A stretch of DNA of 56,708 bases, the filler included, from Ionaspis alba (lineage: Eukaryota): the NCBI GenBank assembly GCA_964255285.1. It is 4 parts of 4 records of this genome, joined end to end, with 100 filler letters (N's around TTAATTAATTAA, not from the genome) between each part and the next. Parts side by side here need not be neighbours in the genome. Positions count along the whole stretch, not along the records: positions 42,697 to 56,708 come from CAXUUL010000442.1; 3 more parts are not named here. The stretch is one strand, 5' to 3'. This document shows, piece after piece, positions 50,858-56,708 of this stretch. The notes under the pieces were generated by a model. The model had not been told where the DNA came from. It saw only the letters and a program-made list of their open reading frames with translations, and made no database searches. Position 1 is the first letter of the stretch. Every line of letters starts with the position of its first letter. Both the position numbers and the translations under genes were made by a program.

Positions 50858-53390
50858 ATGGTTTTCGGATTCGGCAAGAAGTCGACCGTTACTGGTCAGG
50901 ACCCGGTCACCACTACATCCACCAGCGGTGTCCTCGAGAAGGATGGCATTGGCAATGAGAAGAGTGGTCTTGACGGCGACGTCAGGTCTGCCAGCAGCGG
51001 CAACGATATCCCGAACAACACTATCAACGAGGTGGAAGCCAATCGAGAGCTCAAGTTCCTGAAGAAACTCCACAGATGGGACCCCAATTTGTCTGCCGAC
51101 GTCCAAGATGGCATGGCAAGAGCTGTTCACGATCACGATGGGACCGCCGAGCTCGAGCTTCTCAATCTCATGGAGAACGACTCACCATATCCCGAAGTCC
51201 GTGCCGCCGTCCGCAACTATGATATTGATATGCCTACCAATACGATCCGCGCCTGGACCATTGGTATGTTCATGGTGACGCTCGGTTCTGGCATGAACAT
51301 GCTGTTCTCCATGCGCTCTCCTCAAATCATCATCACGGCCTTCGTTGCGCAATTGGTGGCCTATCCCATCGGTCTGGGTTGGGATCTCATCATGCCCAGG
51401 CGTCAGTTCAACACCTTTGGTGTCAAATGGAGTCTCAACCCTAGCCCCTTCAACATGAAGGAGCACGCCCTCATTACTATCATGGCCAACGTCACTTTCG
51501 GAGCAGGTGCGGCATACTCCACCGACACCATCGTTGCGCAGAAGGGTTTCTACCATCAAGACTTTGGTGTCGGATTCCAGCTCCTTCTGACTCTCGGCAC
51601 CCAGATGATTGGGTATGGATACGCTGGTATGCTACGAAAGTACCTTGTGTGGCCAGCGTCCATGATCTGGCCGACCAACTTTGTCAATACCTCCCTTTTC
51701 TATGCGCTGCACGATCACACGCCGTCAGATCCTGCTAAAGCCAACGGCTGGTCCGTCGGACGATACCGTTATTTCTTGTATGTTTTCATCGGGTCGTTCG
51801 TCTGGTACTGGTTCCCTGGTATGTTTACGCTCTCCTTATTCTGTCTTGGAAAATATGCTAATTATCTCAGGCTGGATTTTTCAAGCACTCTCATACTTTG
51901 CTTTCGCCACTTGGATCGCACCAAACAACGTTGTTGTCAACCAGTTGTTTGGCTACCAGACTGGACTTGGTCTTATCCCAATTACTTTCGACTGGACTCA
52001 GATCACTGGGTTCACTCTCAGTCCTCTCATGTTCCCATGGCACGCCATCGCCAACACCATCATCGGAACTGTCTTGTTTTTTATGCTCACAACCATCGGG
52101 CTGCACTACTCCAACTCGTACTTCGCCCAGTATCTGCCCATTTCTGACAGCACAAGCTACGACAACACCCAGAGCGTCTATAACGTGAAGCAGATTCTTA
52201 CTCCCGAATTCACTCTCGACGAAGCAGCCTACAAGGCTTACTCCCCCATCTTCCTATCCACGACCTTCATGCTCGCCTACGGTCTCTCCTTTGCCACCAT
52301 TATGGCCCTAATATCCCACACCTTCCTCTTCCACGGCACCGAAATCTGGACCCGGACCCGGCTCTCCCTCGGCGAGGAACCCGACATCCACACCAAGATG
52401 ATGCGCAAGTACAAGGAGGTCCCCACCTGGTGGTACGGAGCCTCCTTCCTCGGGATACTCGGTATCGCGCTTGCCAGCGTCCTGGCCTACGACACGCACC
52501 TTACCTGGTGGGCCTTCTTCGTCGCCCTACTCATCTCCCTCGTCTTCATGATCCCCATCGGCATGATTCAAGCCATCACAAACGTGCAACTCGGCCTCAA
52601 CGTCATCACGGAATTCATCATCGGCTACATGCAACCGGGCCGGCCAATCGCCATGATGCTCTTCAAAACCTACGGCTACATCACCATGACCCAAGCTCTG
52701 GCCTTCGCCTCCGACCTCAAACTCGGCCACTACATGAAAGTGCCTCCGCGCGTGCTCTTCTCGGGCCAAATGGTCGCCACCATCTGGTCCTGCTTCGTGC
52801 AGATCGGCGTCCTCAACTGGGCCTTCGCTAACATCAAAGACATCTGCTCCGCCCACAACGAGAACCACTTCAAGTGCCCCAACGGCCGCGTCTTCTTCAC
52901 CGCCTCCATCGTCTGGGGTCTCATCGGCCCCGCCCGCATTTTCTCCCCCGGCCAGCTCTACGGCAACCTGCTCTGGTTCTTCCTCGCCGGCGCCATCGCC
53001 CCCTTCATCTTTTACGGTCTCGCACGCGCCTTCCCACGATCCAACTTCCGCTACGTCAACGTGCCGCTTATCTTCGGCGGTTCGGGCCAGATCCCGCCCG
53101 CCAGCACCATCAATTATACCACCTGGGCCATTGTGGGCTTTATTTTTAATAAGTATTTGAAGAACAAGTATCGGGGCTGGTGGTCGAACTACAATTACGT
53201 CACTAGCGCCGGATTGGATTGCGGATTGGCGATTTCGACGATTGTGATTTTCTTGACGCTCCAGCTTACGGGTCAGGAGGCCCCGAGTTGGTGGGGGAAT
53301 AATGTTACGACTAGTACGCTTGAGGCGAATGGGAATGCGATTAGGGTTTTGCTTGATCCGGGGCAGACGTTTGGGCCGACGAGTTGGTAG
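50858..53390 (+). CDS. OPT-family oligopeptide transporter (Isp4/OPT type)
   Basis: SPYPEVRAAV, NPSPFNMKEH, LNVITEFIIGY and DLKLGHYMKVPPR motifs; one intron at 51819-51870; many TM segments. Confidence 0.95.
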
Positions 53391-54518
53391 GGTGAGAGCG
53401 GGTCTTTTTACTTCTTGCTGTTTTGGACAGGCGGATGTGGGAAGTGTAGAAGGCGGTTTGTGTTCGAGTATGTGGTGGGAGATGTGATTAGTGTGTAGGG
53501 GCTGTTGGTTGGATAGGTGTCTACGTGGATGAGGACGATCTAATCTGTATTGTGAAAAATCTTCGCTGCTCACCTCATCTGCTCGTATCCTTGATAATGC
53601 TTGCACTTCTGTTCTTGCTTTCATCGTCTATGCCAACTGTTCCTGCTCGTGATAGTGAAGTCAGTTCCAGACCGCCCTTTCGTCTGCATATTCTAGATCT
53701 TGTCTCACTAGCAACGAGCTTCCTGCATGCACGATGGTTCGTACTCGCATGGCATCCTCATCCTCGTTTCCCCGTCTTTCTCTCTAATATCATCTTCGCC
53801 GCGCTCACTCCTTGCAGCATCCTCGTTTCTCGTGTCTGACATCATCTTACAATTTCCGCATCCACCTTCCCTATCTGCAGATCACCATCTCTCCCCCCCG
53901 AAACGATTCCTGATTCGAAGCTCTGGGCACTCAACCTTGACCCCCATACAAAGTCATTATCTCATGAACAAAGCGAGCATCGCTTGCATGCTTCCCTTCC
54001 CCTCGCCGTCGTACCACCCATCAAGCACCCACCCGCCATCAGAGCACCGGGTACCTGCATCCCACGTCCTACAGACCTCCCACTTGACCGTACGAGTCTC
54101 CGAACGTGCTCGCTGCAGCTACCCGGAAAGGGACAATGCTCCTTGGATGTAAGTGTCCTTGCCACGGATGTGTGGCACCACATCCGTTATGTATCATACC
54201 GATTGGCCCTGATCGGCTTTCGAGTGTTACCTGTCAGATGCAGGTTTTCGGACGCGCGTACGGGCTGTCAGGGCTGAGAAGATAGGGAATTATATAGGGA
54301 GGTCAGGGGCGTGAGATGCGGATGGGATTGCCGAGAGGTGCATGGGAGCAGTATGGGATGCGGAAGAGGGATTAGGGTGGGGGAATGCAGATGCAATGGC
54401 CGCGTGCGAGAAACGTGCTGTTGTGCTACTTGCTCTGAGCTGAGCCTATCGGAAAGAGTCTGCGCTGTCGTCCGGTAAGGAGAAGGAGAAGCCGGTAATG
54501 GAGACTCGGATCTCGTGT

Positions 54519-54618
54519 NNNNNNNNNNNNNNNNNNNNNNNNNNNNNNNNNNNNNNNNNNNNNNNNNNNNNNNNNNNNNNNNNNNNNNNNNNNNNNNNNN
54601 NNNNNNNNNNNNNNNNNN
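54519..54618. other. Assembly gap (100 N)
   Basis: Run of 100 N. Confidence 0.95.
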
Positions 54619-54679
54619 CCCCCCATGCATATGATAACCTCCCTACCAAGTCCCTTTTCTATCTCAATCACCTCTTCCC

Positions 54680-56101
54680 TCAATCATCCCACTCCTCATC
54701 CAGCTGATCGATCAGTCTGTTTTCGTCTTCGGCGCGAGACCCACCACGGCCACGGCCGTTGTGCGTGGGGAGCTGATTGTAGCCCCTACGAGAGGGGAGG
54801 AGGCGAGCGCAGGAGGAGGTGAGGATGATAACAAGGTCCTAATGAACGGTAACGTCAGTGATTTGGGGAGACAGAATGGGATGATAGGTGGTAATAAAGG
54901 CGATGGGACGCCTAGAGGATGAAGATAACAAAACCAAAGCTAGCGGTAATCGCTCGGCGGCAGAAGAATCTTGCCAGACTTTATTGAGCACGGTAATGCT
55001 TCCCACGATGGATGCCGACAACGTCGAAAGCATATGAGGCTTCATGTAGGACTTACTTTCAGAAAACTTGCCGCACCAGCCCACATGCCATAATTGGGCA
55101 ACTGCCTCCACCCCCTCTGATGCATAACCGTTCGCTGGTACGCGATACCACCAAACACATACACAGCCGCCGCGATAAGAGCTCTATGCCCCATATCAGC
55201 TTTCATCGCCCAAATCTCCACCAGGGCTTGCATCGTTCGAATAAAAAAACTCACATTATCCCAAACACCCCCGTCGGCCCCACAGCCTGCTGCTCGGGAC
55301 TCGTCCCCCCACAAGCAGCCGCCGACCTCGACTCGAAGAAGTACGTGCACTCATCCTGGCTAGCACCCACGAAGCCGACAGATGTATCGGAGGTCTCCAG
55401 GGTGGGATCGCAGAGGAGGGAGATGATGGTAGATTTTCGGCGGTGGGTGCTGTCTCCCTTTTTGGGTTTCTCGCTGTTTTCTTCGCCGTCATCTTCTTTG
55501 TCGTCGTGTTTGCCGTGCTTGCCCTTCTTGTCGTCCTCGTCTGGGTCGACGACTAGTTCCCGCCTTCGTTTGCTGGGAGTGGAGCATGGGGAGCCGTTGG
55601 TGTAGTTGAGGACTAGTTTGGAGCCGCGGAAGACGAGTTCGGAGGAGGCTTGTCTGAGAGGGGAGTCGAAGTCAGCGGGCTGTTGACAGATACCCATATA
55701 GGAATCCTCCAATATCAAACCTGTTTATTACCCGAGTTCGACTTGACTTACCCTATAGAATACGTCTTCCCGTGCTGCGTATAGTATGCGCTGACGTTCC
55801 CCCACAGCTCTTTATCCACTCCCTGTACGTTCTTTAAACTTTCGATGACCGGAAAACATATATTGACCGTAAAGTTGTAATTGTAGTCGTAACCATTGGC
55901 AATGTAGCTCGTATTCCTCGCATCCTCTTCATGCTTCTTGCCCTCTTCCAGCGGTCTGATAGCAATAGGATTCAGATCATGAAAGGACTTCTTGAGTGAC
56001 CGGATGGTACACGGTGCTGTGGGTTTTACGGGTTTCGAGTCTGCTGCCTGGGATGATGCAGAGAGGAGCGCTATGGCGAATGCGAAGCTTTGAAGCCTCA
56101 T
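54680..56101 (-). CDS. MRL1: Mannose-6-phosphate receptor-like protein Mrl1, multi-exon
   Basis: Signal peptide; MRH-domain motifs (GYDYNYNFTVNIC, YSIG, LVLNYTNGSPC, STIISLLCD, DECTYFFE); TM IAAAVYVFGGIAYQRTVMHQRGWRQLPNY; C-terminal ENRLIDQLDEEWDD*. Confidence 0.88.
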
Positions 56102-56427
56102 AATGGAGTGTATAGCTCTTCTAAGCGCTTATGAGGATATCCGCTTGCCTGTAGTATTGCGCTTCATCGAGATGATGGAGTGTCGTTGACCTAGAAGCTG
56201 CTTTCATGGGACTCTTCGGAGTGAACAAATGCAACGTATGACGGTTTGAGCTTAGCCATGCGCCTCGGGTGGACTGATTTTAAGGTTGACGATCCGACAG
56301 ATTTCTACCGGGGTTAAGTTGCATAAAATGAAATCATCGTTCTCCGATCTCCTACCATGAATTATATAGCAACGTGAAGCTTTCAAGCTTAAGGCATATT
56401 TTGATATTGCTATTCAACTGCCTCAAC

Positions 56428-56708
56428 ATGTCGAAAAGCGAGCGCAAATCAATCCTTCCCAAGGAGAGCGCGCATGGCTACGAATTTGGTGGACCGTGAG
56501 ACTTCCTTTCTGTAAACAAAAGATCCCGCTAATATGATCGTACAGACTCGGAGCTTTTGCAACATCCTTCGGGCTACCTCTTGTCTGCTATCTCGCCAGC
56601 TTCCTTTGCAATGATATCTCGGGATGTCCAGTACCCTCTGTCTTGCATCCCAGGAGCCTCACACTCGCCAAGCTTAAAGAAGAAACGGGATGGCCGGGCA
56701 TAACGGGA
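56428..56708 (+). CDS. ERG24: C-14 sterol reductase (ERG4/ERG24 family), 5' part only
   Basis: Not in the ORF track. Exon 56428-56495, intron 56496-56545, exon from 56546: MSKSERK...HGYEFGGPLGAFATSFGLPLVCYLASFLCNDISGCPVP...LKEETGWPG; runs off the window. Confidence 0.8.

Noticed and set aside
52527..53624. 365-aa minus-strand ORF
   Set aside because: Antisense shadow of the strongly codon-biased OPT gene.

Overview
Eukaryotic, intron-rich DNA from a filamentous ascomycete (Pezizomycotina), a draft scaffold broken by five 100-nt gaps; three gaps contain an artificial TTAATTAATTAA spacer, so adjacency across gaps is unproven. Recognisable genes: a giant (~3,130 aa) DUF3638/DUF3645 P-loop protein, a DUF3140 protein, an Rgd1-type F-BAR/RhoGAP, Mediator Med12 (Srb8), an Asterix/PAT10-like protein, eIF1 (SUI1), a small Zn2Cys6 factor, TFIIIA head-to-head with RPB6, a GH3 beta-glucosidase, an OPT oligopeptide transporter, an Mrl1-like receptor and the 5' end of ERG24. 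Orphan ORFs cluster at ~26-38 kb. The most notable unexplained structures are a 137-bp TG...CA element present twice (opposite orientation, ~93% identical), each copy flanked by GTAC on both sides, and a tandemly duplicated block of orphan micro-genes sharing a palindromic upstream element. Also seen: a dense GCGGGG (CreA-type) cluster upstream of the glucosidase, the poor eIF1 start context, and several microexons and non-canonical splice sites. All gene models were assembled by eye without alignments or RNA data; no new biological system can be established from sequence alone.
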